Positions 27,717 to 40,969 of a DNA stretch of 64,000 nt are shown here, one piece after another. The stretch lies in assembly GCF_006345805.1 (NCBI RefSeq), contig NC_043008.1:72106001-72170000 (forward strand), given 5' to 3'. The DNA is from Octopus sinensis (taxonomy: Eukaryota). Position 1 is the stretch's first letter. Each line of letters begins with the position of its first letter. Position numbers and translations under genes: made by a program. The notes under the pieces are model-generated. The model was not told the origin of the DNA, made no database searches, and worked only from the letters and a program-made list of their open reading frames with translations.

Positions 27717-28260
27717 ATACTAGTTATATTAAGCACGAGCAAAGCGCCACCCGTCCAATGGGCGGTGCTGAGCTGTCAAACATATAAACCAAATTTTCTC
27801 AAAACAACTTGTCCGACCGTCCCATAGGTATCTCCTTTGAGAAACACTGACTAACCTAAATTTGAGACACCAGCAAAAGAAGAAATAAAGTTAGACTTTT
27901 TTTCCATTCCAAAGAAAAACGATTTTATTCACACAAATATGCAACCGAAGAGTTTAAAGTACCAGTAATGATATGGCTGGGAGAACACAAACATGGTTTA
28001 GACAGTAAGCTTGGAGGAAATAAACGTACCTTTAAATAGTACAAAAACAACAAATAATGGAAGGTGCAGGTATGTACAGGTTGATGGAAGAAAAGTAGGA
28101 TAAAAACGGCTTTATCGATCGCAATCTCACCTGGAATCGATTTTTGTAATATTATACACGCCCTGATACCATCGGTATCTACATATGAAATTTGAGCGCA
28201 ATCGGATGGAGGATACCCGAGATCCAAGAAGACTCACACACACAGACAGAACGGATATTA
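27717..28260 (+). mobile_element. Possible non-autonomous Helitron/Helentron-like element
   Basis: tactag start followed by hairpin agcgccacccg-tccaa-tgggcggtgct; 3' part aaatttgagcgcaatcggatg..acacacagacag resembles DINE-1/Lep1-type ends (from memory). Confidence 0.4.
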
Positions 28261-29000
28261 TGTAAGAAATCATCATTATTGTTGTTTTTGTTCACTTGTC
28301 CCGAGTCAGCGTTGCTCGAACAGAAGTATTATGAAAGCTTTTCCAGTAGTAATTTCCACTTTGTCTTTTTTATACGTCATGGATTACTTTATTGTCTAAT
28401 GACTCCGTTATTTACAACGATAACATCTGATATAATGAGATTGTAGGTTTCATTCGTAGTAAGAGTAGCGACCTCAATATTTACACCCCTTTTAGGCTCA
28501 TTTTTGCTGCTACTGCCGATTTTCATTTCTCCTTATAATATTCTGCAATATTCCAAGATTCTCTCCAAAACAGAACGATATAAATCTTTATGGATTATTG
28601 GATAACTAGAGAACTGACTTTTGCTACACTGATCGTTTAAAATTTCCAATAGTTTTAGCTACTGTCACTGTATTTGAGTTGCTCTTCTCCCTGCTGAGAT
28701 GCGTGACGTACTGTTGATCAGCTTTCAGGTTTGTCCCATTTTAATCTGTTAATTACAAATGTGTAATTAATTGCAAATACGAGAAAGACAATATGAAATC
28801 TAAAACAAATTCGATATATTTAACTCTATTTGAATATTTCAAAAGAAATATGTCGCTGCTTAGGGAGGTATATCGAAAGACTTATACCTACCGCGTTATG
28901 TATTTTCCAGGTTGCGAGTACTTTCTAAGCATCTAGATTTCTACTTCTTTGCTACAAATGCTTTAATGAGTCTTGTTGCTATTTTACATCTACACACTTA

Positions 29001-29206
29001 ATACATTGTTTACATTTTTTACATTATTTACATTTGACGGATATTTGTTATCATCTTTATTAAATCTCTGAACGTATACTTTACATTGTTATCATCTTGT
29101 TTGTTGTTAACACACCGTTACAGCTGATATACCTACCAGCTTTCATCAGGTGTCTTGGGGAAATTTCGAAACTGGGTTCTCATTCCTTAGGTATTTTCCG
29201 ATGTCA
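29001..29206 (-). mobile_element. Short Penelope-pLTR-like element with hammerhead-like core (copy 1)
   Basis: Inverted copy of 29451-29600; minus strand gacac-CTGATGA-a-agctg..cagct-GTAAC-ggt-gtgtt at 29154-29109. Confidence 0.7.
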
Positions 29207-29306
29207 TTATTATTATTATTATCATTATCATTATTATTAATATTATTATTATTATTATTATTATTTTATTATTATTATTCGAACTAAGTTCGATTCCAGG
29301 CAGTGA

Positions 29307-29363
<57 letters not shown>

Positions 29364-29365
29364 TG

Positions 29366-29450
<85 letters not shown>
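29205..29450. repeat. (ATT)n - ~31-nt unique island - (AAT)n
   Basis: Direct reading; strand polarity of the repeat flips across the island at ~29281-29311. Confidence 0.95.
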
Positions 29451-29452
<2 letters not shown>

Positions 29453-29625
29453 TCGAAAAATACCTTAGGAATGAGAACCCAGGTTCGAAATTTCCCCAAG
29501 TCACCTCATGAAGTATGGAGGGTATATCAACTGAAACATTGTGTTAACAACAAACAAGATGAGGACAAATATCCGTCAAATGTAAATAATGTACATAATT
29601 CCTCATCTCTCAAATATAGAACTGT
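29451..29625 (+). mobile_element. Short Penelope-pLTR-like element with hammerhead-like core (copy 2)
   Basis: gtcac-CTCATGA-a-gtatg..caact-GAAAC-att-gtgtt at 29500-29545. Confidence 0.7.
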
Positions 29626-30348
29626 ACAAATTTAATGTTAAAGATTTCAATAGACAATATTTGTACATAACACACAATTCAAATTTAGACATGAAGTATC
29701 GAGGTGTCGATATGAGGTCGAATATCGAGGTCAAATGTTCATACTATTTAGTCTTATATTAGTTGGTATTCAACAGAAAATTGATCGACATTATTCATTC
29801 CGTTCACTCAGACATGACATATCGAGGAACTCCTTACGTAATAAACTCAGCTTCAAGTTCGTGTAACGAGGTTTAACCGTCACTACAAGTCAATCGAGAA
29901 ATACTGGTGCATCTTCGTGGTGGTGTTAAAAAGGGGCATCGTCATGATATAAAAGAGAAAAACTATAAATTCAAAAGTAACCCCTTGTACCAGTATAATG
30001 TACAGTACACGAACTATAGAATATATATTAAACTGTAAATATTTCTGTATATCAGGCTCTCTATGTAGTCACATCTATTTATTTAACTACTTTAATTGTC
30101 GCTTGTTTCGTTTACTCACACCAATTAAAAAATTATATCTAAAGTAGGCTTCAAAAAATACGAGAATATATCACAGCCAAGGTACAATTGTAAAACATCC
30201 GCCAGTTTATAAACAAACATCGATTCAGCATCTACAACTGGTTGAGTGCTTTATATGTAACCTATGAATACACACCTGCGCGCGCGTATAATGTGTTTGT
30301 GTGCCCGCGCGAGAGTTTGTTTGGCTTGTGCGTGCATGTGTGCTTGTG

Positions 30349-30379
<31 letters not shown>

Positions 30380-32067
30380 TGTGTGTGTGTAAAAGTGAAA
30401 AGATGATCGGACTCAGTACTTTACGGAGAGTTTGTAATTCTAGGTTATCACATAGTGATAAGAATGATCATCAAGCACAGTATCATGAACATATAATTGC
30501 CAAATTGGTCAGATGTCTACTTCATGTAGAGTCTTAACTGCATGCAAGTCGAGTATAGTGTCAATCATAGCGAATATCTGATCGATTAGACACCTACTTT
30601 TGCATCGATAAATCTCTGAGAAATGACTGAGTCACCATCTTCCCGAACAGACACCCAAAAACACATTCATGCATATATGTATACAAATACACAATACATG
30701 CATACATACACGCATACTTATAAACATACATACATACATATATACATACGTACATACATACATACATACATGCATGCATACGTGTGTGTGTGACTAATCC
30801 TGTTAAAATTGTATTAAGAGTTATATGTATATAAAAATAGGCGTTCAAGCTGATGTGATTCTCTGCCGTCAAAAAACGAAAAACCGCTTTCAAAACAAGA
30901 AATACATCACATTAACTTTAAATGTATTTCATCTTGTAAAAGATATTGGGAAAAAAGCTAGAAGAGAAATCCACGAAACAGAAAAGTATATTAATGTCAT
31001 AAATTTTAACCATCTTAAAATGAATTTATTTTACTTCAGGAAACTTCAAGAAAAAAAGTAAGCTAAATTAGAAAACATATAGAATGCCGCAAACACAGTG
31101 GACGTAGATGCGTTTGTTTTTATAGCTTTGACACTTAGGCAGTAGTGGAGAGACGATGTAATAAATGGTAGTTATATTTCAAAGTAACTCAGGGAATGAT
31201 TTCATTCCAGCAGTAACATGGGCAAATAAGAAGTATAGAAATGGAACTACCCAACAGCATTAACTAAAATATATTTTATACAAAGTACCATCCACTGTAA
31301 ACGAAATTATGTTTTAAAACTACTTGAGATAATCTAACTAAAAATATATTTAGAATTTGTCATTATGTAATTTGGTTGGTGTATCCATCCAAATTATATA
31401 ACTGAATCCTTGATTTTAATATACGAGGTAGATAAATGAACAGAATCGAAGTCCCGTATTCAAAATTCATTCTCTTTGGAGGAAAATAATAGTGTTTGCC
31501 CGGTGGATATGCAGTTTCTATTCAAGCTATTCAACAACAGAGCAGTGAAACTAATACATACATACGTACATACATACATACATACATATATACACACACA
31601 CAAGCAAACATGCACACATAGACACACACATGCATAAGTGCATATAACCTTATTTCATTTGTAATTGACTGATAGAGGTTACAAATATACATACATACAT
31701 GCATACATACATACATACATACATACATACATACATACATACATACGTACGTACATTTATAATTGTGTTTGTTTATATCGTATTTATTTATCTATAATTT
31801 AGCAATAAAAAATGTTCATACCTGCCAGACAGTCTGCAGATAAATATTTAAAAAATAACGAATTAAGAATTATTTATTGAACGATAGAAACAGCAAGTAA
31901 CATTTACACTATTTTTGTCATGGCTGATTGAAAGAAGTTTTCTTTGATGGAAATATTTCTCAGCTACGAAAGGTCACAGCATCAAACTGGGATATTTACA
32001 TTAAAGAAATGAAACGACACTGTATAATATTAATAATAAATCTACTTCGATCAGAAATACCAACCGC

Positions 32068-32146
<79 letters not shown>

Positions 32147-32230
32147 TAAAGAAGAAGAAGAAGAAGAAGAAGAAGAAGAAGAAGAAGAGAAGAAGAAGAA
32201 GAAGAAGAAGAAGAAAAAGAAGAAAAAGAA
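32068..32230. repeat. (AAT)n-(GAA)n tract preceding a Dong element
   Basis: Direct reading. Confidence 0.95.
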
Positions 32231-34905
32231 CACCAACAACAGTAACAATAATGAATTCTCAGGAAAGGAATAACAACCAAAATGACGACAAATTTTACTT
32301 TATAGAAGAAAATAATGCTAGAGAGGAAGAGAGGAGTCTACCCCCAACGCCTAAATGAGGCAGGAATAGGTGAAGATAAAAAAACTAACAGACTTGAGAG
32401 GAATCGGAACAGAAAATTAAATATGCGTAAAGTAATGAAGAAGGCATGCGAGTTGCTAACGAAAATCTGGGTTGTAAATCTAAGAGTCTAAGCAATCACT
32501 TATACTGCGAAACGTCTATTGCTGTGGAAATTATTCAAAGAAAAACAAGCGACGAAATCCCCTGATGGGAACGAAAATTTAAGAACTAATTGAAGAGCAC
32601 AATAGAGCTCTTGCACGGGTAAATGCTACTATAAGAAAGAAAATGATGAGGGAAAGACATAAAATTATCTAATATTATGGTCGCAAAGTACAACATTAGT
32701 CATTAACGATTATAAGTAATTTAAGGAAGAGACTAGAGAAAAGGTCCAAGCAGTGCCAGATAACCAAACAAATAAAAACAGATACCAACAGACAACGAAA
32801 CAGTCACGTCAGGAGAGGTTCTTCAGAAACAACGAAACGAAATCTTAGCAACAGCTGAATAATGAAGAGAAACTCCATGGGAACGCTATGCCTGATACCG
32901 AAGAGACAAGGAACCTTCTGTCAGATATCTGGAACAAGCAAGTTCAACATGATATAAAAGCAGAATCGTTGTTGGAATTTTAAATGGAAATAGTACATAA
33001 CTCTTGCGGATAACAAAGTGAAAGCGATTATTAAGATTATTAACAAATGGGAAAGCACCCAGACCAGATACTTCAGGGATTCTGGTTCGAAAATCTCCGA
33101 AGTATACACAGCCATATACAACCATTTCTTACTGACTGAAGAGAAAATGAAACACGAATGTATAGGACAAAAGGAAAGAGTGCTGACGTTGAAGGGTAAA
33201 GGAAAAATAAGTCAGTAATTAAAGACTTAATGTATGCTCACTGTTATAGGTCAGATCATTTCGATTATGATGGAAATATGCAAGAATAAGTCAAAGAGAA
33301 TTGATCTACTGGATTTCGATAGTAAGATACCCGAAGAGGTACGTGTAAAAAGATAAATTTAGCTGTTGGATGGAAAAACAAGGCTTACAAAAATCTTCCA
33401 CGCTGCTCACTCTTTGAGTACCTGATAATTCTCAGACACAATGAGAAGATTAACAGCATGTTCGGAAATGCAATAAATGTCGTGAACAACGCACGACATG
33501 CTAAAACTTATACCGACAAAGTCTACCTACGAAGAAATGAAGGCTACAGAGAATCATTGAATGCAGAAGCCACTGCTAGTACCATTATATTGGGGTTGGA
33601 AATTAATGTTGTGCGTAGTAATGTGGATAGAAATACCAACTTTCATGAAGCGATTGGAGAATTCAAGAGGAAGGCAAAACAGTATTTAGAAATAAATAAA
33701 TTACAAGACAATTCATGCAACAAACTGAGGAATTTAGAAGTAAAGAACCACGTCGAGTGTAAGCCATGAGGACAAAACAGATAAAGGCCAAGACTGACAA
33801 AATACGACAGTTAGAAAGCGAACACAAGATATACAGGAAAAGAGAACGTTTAACTCTACAGCAGTACACTCGCTGTCTACATCAGCCTCTACTTTATTCC
33901 ATTTGTTTTGCTCTTGGTGCTACGTAGATAGTTTATTTTTCATAGTTCTTAGTATAAGTGTTAGAGACCAACTGCAAATTTTGGTCAAAAAGGCATTTTG
34001 ACTTTCCGTATTAATAAATTGTCTTTGCTACTTTGCTAAGCCTTTTAAATTCAACAGTTTTTTGTTTCGAATATATTTATATAATATTTGTTGCATCTTT
34101 CATTTTTCTAATATCTCGTTTTGAAATTGATTTGATTAATGAATGAGGTATTTCCAGTTACGTTTCCATATTTTCAGTATATTTATTTTCCTTGGCATTT
34201 CTGTTTATAATTTTCAAATAAGTTGACCTGAGGGGACACTCAATTTCCTTTGAAGTAAATTATAACTACTGCATGAGTTACTTCGTTTAACCAAGTGATA
34301 TTTATGCTCGGGCCTGTTTTCAATAATCTGTAATGTCACTTGAGAGAATGGAATAAGCCAGCATAAAAAAAGAATAAGCGCAGAGATGACTATGTAGGTA
34401 AAAGAGTGCATTGAGATGAAAATCGAGTGCGTGGCTTCGAAATAGCGGAAAAGCGGTAAGACGAACAAGAAGATGTCACAGAGAATACGAAATACTGGAT
34501 TTTATGGGATTTCCCCATAAACACTGGGCAAAAAGGCAAAAAAGATGATTATAGAGGACAGATATGATTATAGAGAACAAGGTAAACAAACAATACACGA
34601 GCATAGACTTTATATTGCCATATGATAACCGACTGGGTACTAAAGAAATTGAAAAAATTGAGATACATTAAGACCAAGCCAGAGAGATAAAATGATTATG
34701 GACGAATAAGACAACAACTATTCCTAACATAATCGACACTCTTGGCAAAATATCCAAACTGCTATCAAAGACATGAATAATGTTGGTATTGAGACCAGAA
34801 AAATACAATCCATCATTCTGCAAGAATCCTGGAAAGATTCTTGAGATCTGAAGAAACTTGATACCTAACATAAAATCAAAATCCCTGCTACGTGATATAG
34901 CATAC
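32230..34905 (+). mobile_element. R4/Dong element, heavily decayed, RT core deleted, interrupted by a 495-bp insert
   Basis: RQERFFRNN..PDTEETRNLLSDIWNKQVQH; LAVGWKNKAY; HAKTYTDKVYLRRNEG; AMRTKQIKAK; KRRDDYVGKRVH; WDF; RLE-like C-terminus; AAT/AGT tail. Confidence 0.8.
33844..34338 (-). repeat. Left arm of 495-bp inverted repeat
   Basis: Reverse complement of 35304-35798 with 5 mismatches found by eye. Confidence 0.97.
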
Positions 34906-34919
34906 AATAATAATAATCC

Positions 34920-34981
<62 letters not shown>

Positions 34982-35303
34982 ATGGTGGTAGTAATCTAAG
35001 ATTCAATCAACGAGCAAACAGAACGGGAAAATATAAAAGTAAACATTAGTATTGAGACCACCGTGATGTCTTAGGCAGAAAAGATAAACAATATACATAA
35101 CAAAGCACAACAATGTTAAACCTGAGCTCATCTACGAAGCTCTGAGCATCAAAGCTGAACACGAGACATAGGTAAGATTAAGAACTTTTAAAGACAAAAT
35201 ATTTGAATGATATCAACAGAAAATATTTCGATGGACTAACAAATGTATGTCATAAGAATAACATGTAGAGATAAAAACATTACAGTAAAAATAGCGCCAA
35301 CCT

Positions 35304-35798
35304 TGACATTACAGATTATTGAAAACAGGCCCGAGCATAAATATCACTTGGTTAAACGAAGTAACTCATGCAGTAGTTATAATTTACTTCAAAGGAAATT
35401 GAGTGTCCCCTCAGGTCAACTTATTTGAAAATTATAAACAGAAATGCCAAGGAAAATAAATATACTGAAAATATGGAAACGTAACTGGAAATACCTCATT
35501 CATTAATCAAATCAATTTCAAAACGAGATATTAGAAAAATGAAAGATGCAACAAAAATTATATAAATATATTCGACACAAAAAACTGTTGAATTTAAAAG
35601 GCTTAGCAAAGTAGCAAAAACAATTTATTAATACGGAAAGTCAAAATGCCTTTTTGACCAAAATTTGCAGTTGGTCTCTAACACTTATACTAAGAACTAT
35701 GAAAAATAAACTATCTATGTAGCACCAAGAGCAAAACAAGTGGAATAAAGTAGAGGCTGATGTAGACAGCGAGTGTACTGCTGTAGAGTTAAACGTTC
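35304..35798 (+). repeat. Right arm of 495-bp inverted repeat
   Basis: See 33844-34338; the ORF track shows the same peptide on opposite strands. Confidence 0.97.
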
Positions 35799-36391
35799 AA
35801 AATAGTACTGCATATGACTTCACAGTAACAGAAGTACACCAAATTTTACATAAACTAATGACTAAAGGTTTCTATCACATGATTATATTCGAAACTTTTG
35901 GCGGAGATTTCTAACAGAGAAACGTAGTGTTGATATATATAACTAAGAGCTTACTGGGAAAGATGGAGACAACACGTCTGGAAATGTCCTTTTTATTCTT
36001 AGGATAAGTGGGAACAGTAAAACCCAAAGCTATAGGATGCCTGCATATAGATTACAAAACCATCATTACTGCATTAAGATCAGGCTGGTCAACAGTCAAT
36101 TTTCATCAGGGATATTATATGGTGTTTTATATGTAGATTTGTCCGCAGATTTCAAAAATGTAATCGGTTTCCTTCTATCAGGCACAGTTTTTCTGATGAG
36201 ATAAGAGAGGTATATAACTCCCATCAGCAGTATCGCTACACGTAAACGTCTTATACAGGTAAATTCTGACTTTTGTTTTATAACTATTTGTATTCATTTT
36301 GTAGTTTTGTTTCCATAATCTTTCTTTTCATAAATTTTACTTTCTGTTTAAAGTGCCAAGTCATCATCATCATCATCAAATTCTACTTAGG

Positions 36392-36799
36392 ATGTCAAGG
36401 CATTGCAAGAACGGTCCTGATATATTTTGTCATGTCTGTGGTTCATTTACCACCAAACCTCAGCAATGTGCCATCACAAGTGAAATCAATAACATCTACC
36501 AGTTATACTTTGGCTGCTCTCTCATGGATCAAGATAAGAGTTGGGCCCTGCACATCATCTGCTCAGCTTGTTCAAATGGACGATGGGATTGGCTAAATAA
36601 GAGGAAGAGAGCAATGCCGTTTGCAATACCTATGATATGGAGAGAGCCTTTGCGAAAATCATATAAGCCGAGAGTTTCTAGAGTCCAGAGTAAACCACTT
36701 TTAAACCCAGAAAATGGTCTTCTTCCCCCTCTTCACATAAAGCTTGGCGTTATGAAACAATTCATGAAGACACTTATCAACAAATCCCTAATACCTTGA
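36392..36799 (+). CDS. Truncated Chapaev-like (CMC) transposase ORF, 135 aa: N-terminal Zn-binding region fused in frame to a catalytic-domain fragment
   Basis: MSRHCKNGPDIFCHVCG..YFGC.L.DQDKSWA.HIIC..C..W..MPFAIPM.WREP joined to LLPPLHIKLGVMKQFMK.L; the family name is from memory of these motifs. Confidence 0.6.
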   Translation: MSRHCKNGPDIFCHVCGSFTTKPQQCAITSEINNIYQLYFGCSLMDQDKSWALHIICSACSNGRWDWLNKRKRAMPFAIPMIWREPLRKSYKPRVSRVQSKPLLNPENGLLPPLHIKLGVMKQFMKTLINKSLIP

Positions 36800-38784
36800 C
36801 AATAAGATAGAGAATCTTAATATGGCAGGGAATAACTAGTGACCAGAACCCGAACTTTTTCTATGGTATTCTCTTCGGATGGATTCTGAAAATGGCACAT
36901 CAAATAGGTCATTAATAAATGGTAAATGGGCCTGAAGATGAAATACAAAGAACTTACACAAACGAATTCCATCCCTATTAGAAGTTTGGCATTTGAATGG
37001 CATATTTTCCCTCCCATTTTAGAGCCTGCCGTTAACATCTTTATCTAACAATTTATAACTGATTGCATATAGATAGAAATATTTTGGACAGGAATGATTC
37101 TATAAACAACCATGATTGCTATCGTAGATCAATATCAAACTGAACTTTTTATAATTATGTAAATAAACAAAAATGTATCGATTAGTAAATGAGAGAGTAG
37201 TTCAAATTAAATAAGGGAGCCTCTCTGATCTTTTTTGATTTTCTAAAAATAGCAACCACATCCTGTTAAATGCGCATTGCCATTTCAACGTAGACGTTGG
37301 ATAATGTAATATTATATACTGTCTGAACGTAGATCTAACGACCTCTGTAATAGTTATGCCAGAAAAAAACTGACCTGGGGTTAAACATTTAAAACAAGAA
37401 TATATTTTACATGTCATTGTCAGAGAAGGCAAAGTAAAGTGTCTCTGAAAATAGTAGTAGGAGGATGTGAATATTTATCCTGAGATCGGAGATCTAACCT
37501 CTATGTTTGCAATAGAGTGGACGACTTTACTGAAGGTTCCAAAAGATCAGGTAGTAGGCTTTAACTAGGCTGTCAGAGAATGGATCATATGAAGATATAA
37601 ACAAGCGGGTGTTAATTTTAGGCTGGCAGAATTCCGTTACAAATAGGAAATAACAAAGATGTTTATTAAACCGGGTGAGGGCTTAAGTATATCGCCCAAT
37701 GAGAGGAATGAGCCCTGCGACTGGTTTCCAGGCAGTTTTCACTTATTACATATCGCAACACCTCAGTCGATTTTGCTGTCGTTAGAGTTGCTTGACGTCC
37801 TACAGTGAAAACATCAAAAGTCAATAAACAGAAGACAATATTAATATATAAAGCGATGATACAAATGAATATTAACATACCTCGTCAAAGACTATACTTA
37901 GATATAAGTTTGCCAGATCTTCAAACTCTGCAAGCTGATATTAACTGTAATTTCGTACCAGGATTTACAGATGTACAAGTGAGATATATGAAATATTTCA
38001 ACGCCACCACTAATACGGTAGGCAATTATGCACTATAACAACTTTCGATGTTTAAGTGAGCAGAGCAAGTGAATGCAACACACGAAGCGGTGATTTCAGG
38101 TGTAGCATAGTCGTATTGTGTAATTGTCAATATCAGAATGTTCCGTAACCCACTAGATACTGGATACATCAAAAGGTTCTTCGTCTATATACTGGCTGCG
38201 AGAGTAATATCCACAAGACGTTTCGCATTAGGATTCCCGGGTTCTCAGGATCAAATGAACTCATTGGTACATATAAAAATTTTTAAATATTGCTGTTTCT
38301 GCCGCTGTTTCTACTGAGAATGTAAAGAGTGAAACATTTGGTGCGGTGGAAAATTTTGAAGATATGAGATTTGACCAAAGAAATAGCACAGGTATAAAGT
38401 GATGCTATGACCAATGTACAGATTTGAAATGTTTCCACTGCTCATCTAACACGATATGAAACCGAGCAGCAAAGTTAAAGCACAAAATCAAAGGCAAATG
38501 GCTCTTCAAGAAAGAATTTATTTCGTTGTATAAAATACCTGTTAAATTATTTGGCTTAAAGAATTCACTTCCCCACGGGAATTTGTTACAATAGATAACA
38601 GAAACAATCCGATCACTTATAGCTTATCTTTCTGTATACATACACACATACATAAATGCATTTACACATGAATACAGTTGTACATACACAAATGTATATG
38701 AATGATAGGCGTATCTACACACACGCGCACGCATCTACCTATCTATCCATCTATTCATGAATAAATAAATAAATAGATAAATAA

Positions 38785-38822
<38 letters not shown>

Positions 38823-39644
38823 ATAAAATTACTTTTCAGAAACTGGATTTCGAAGACCACGTAAAGCTATAAAAATAGAACGGGAATATAAGAATGAAAA
38901 ACCATTTTAATTAGAAAATGTCGGGGGTTGCCGTAGCACACGAACCCACATTTTCTCTAGACATGATAAGCGTTCTACGACCATTCTTGTGACACCCACA
39001 ATATAAGTATGTATGTGTGCGTGTAGTACACACACACACACAAACACAAACACACCCACACATATATATATATATATGTATGTATATATTCATGTATACA
39101 TGTATATGCCTATGCATATCCAATATGCATTTACCGACGTTCGGTTAAGTAATCCATCATTTATAACATATTGATAACAGTGATAGATACAATAATGAAA
39201 GAAAATTACCAATGAAAGATATCAAAATATTCAAATCCGCGTTATTTATACTATTTCTATTTATTTATAGTTGGTGCTGCAGTGGTTGATACTGTTGTGG
39301 GTGCTATTCTTGGAATATTCTTTTTATTTCAAAAAAAGTATATTTAAAGATAGGAGAGATTAAATATGGTACTACTTACAGAAATGGCATAAGTTCAAAT
39401 ATGCCTGCAGGCAATAGCTTCATACATCAATTATATATGTTACACACGCCAGTCAATCGCACGCACATAGCAACGATGATATATCATGTACAGATATACA
39501 TTGAACAATATTTACACGCAAATACATGAAAACAACACGTATATGTGTGTGCATACTTACACACACATATGTATGTTTGTGTGTATGTATGTGTGTAAGT
39601 ATGTACTCGTATGCAAATCAACAGTATGCAAGCGCACATATATA

Positions 39645-39990
39645 AATGATACCTAAAGATAAAAAGGCAAAATCGACTTCGACTGAATTTGAACTCCAGA
39701 CGTAAAATGTTGAAAAAAATACTAAGCATTTTATCCCGGACGTTGGAGGTTCTGCCAGCTCACAACTTGAGCAACAGCAACAACAAAATCAACAAGAACG
39801 ATGATAATAATGGTTTCATATTTTGATACAATTTTAAGGGTTGGGTCATTCGATGACATCGACCCCAGTGTTGAATTGGTACTTATTTTATAGAATAGGA
39901 AACGATAAAAGTCAAAGTTTGCCTTGGCGGAAATAGGAACTGAAAACTGAAAACAGGAGGAATGCCCCAAAGTTTTTGTCATGCATGTTA
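39645..39990 (-). mobile_element. Two diverged family A SINE fragments
   Basis: aaaggcaaaatcgacttcgactgaatttgaactccagacg..; gacatcgaccccagtg..aaagtcaaagtttgccttggcggaa. Confidence 0.7.
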
Positions 39991-40059
39991 TTCGTTCTGC
40001 AAGCACACCGCCTTCCCAAGAACAATAATTGTTCCAAATTTTGGCGCACAGTATAAGTT

Positions 40060-40440
40060 AATTTCATCGACCCCACTTTCAAGATGTACTTATTTTATCG
40101 ATCCCGAAATGATGTGAGGCAGAGTTGGCCATGGCGGAATTTGAACTCAGAATATAAAGTCAGACGAAATACCTATTTCTTTACTATCCACAATTGGCTA
40201 AACACAGAGAGGACAAACAAGGACAGACAAACGGATTAAGTCGCTTATATCGATCCCATTGTGTAACTGGTACTTATTAAATTGACCCCAGTGCGTAACT
40301 GGTATTTAATCGACCCCGAAAGTATGAAAGGCAAAGTCGACCTCGACAGAATTTGAACTCAGAACGTCACGGCAGACGAAATACCGCTAAGCACTTCACC
40401 CAGCGTACTAACGATTCTCCCAGCTCACTGCCTTAGCAAC
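40060..40440 (-). mobile_element. Family A SINE dimer
   Basis: Same gaaatacc|tatttc junction (40166-40179) as at 9432. Confidence 0.85.
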
Positions 40441-40639
40441 AACAATACGAATAATGATAATAATGGGTTCAAATTTTCACACGAGGCCAGAAATTTCGAG
40501 GAAGGGGTAAGTTGATTACATCAACCCTGGTGTTCAACTGCCAAAGATATATAATGAAGTTGATGACAGTGACAAGCTGCAGAATATGAAGGTATGTGGA
40601 ACAAATTAACCGCAACCTTGACTGCCCAGTCTTAGTGAG

Positions 40640-40880
40640 GAGAGATTACATTCGCTGACATCACAACGTTGGGCTTAACATAGACTGAACGTTGTTCTAA
40701 CATCAAGAATATTTAGAAGAAAAAACAAGAGGTTTCTGGGAAGGACATATAACCATATTCTGGGATATGCCAATATAAAAGAGACCTGGAGATCAACGTT
40801 AATGGAGCAGATACTGTTCACAGGAACAACCAGGAAAACAAATTCCTCGTAATTAACAACTGGTCCCAACAAATAAGAGT
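40640..40880 (+). pseudogene. R4/Dong RLE-region fragment
   Basis: HITIFWDMPI / RDLEINVNGADTVHRNNQENKFLVIN resembles 'lwD.pi.Td.ei.anrpDiv'. Confidence 0.55.
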
Positions 40881-40969
40881 ATGTCTTTAATGAAATTGAA
40901 GAAATTATAGAAATATAGAAATATTAAATTTCTAAATATCTCAGAGAGATATGTACGGTGGTAGGGCGA

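Noticed and set aside
38215-38250. Minus-strand GAAACGTC preceded by CTGAGAA
   Set aside because: The core is not CUGANGA and stems I and II do not form; likewise GAAACGTC at ~41742 lacks an upstream core.
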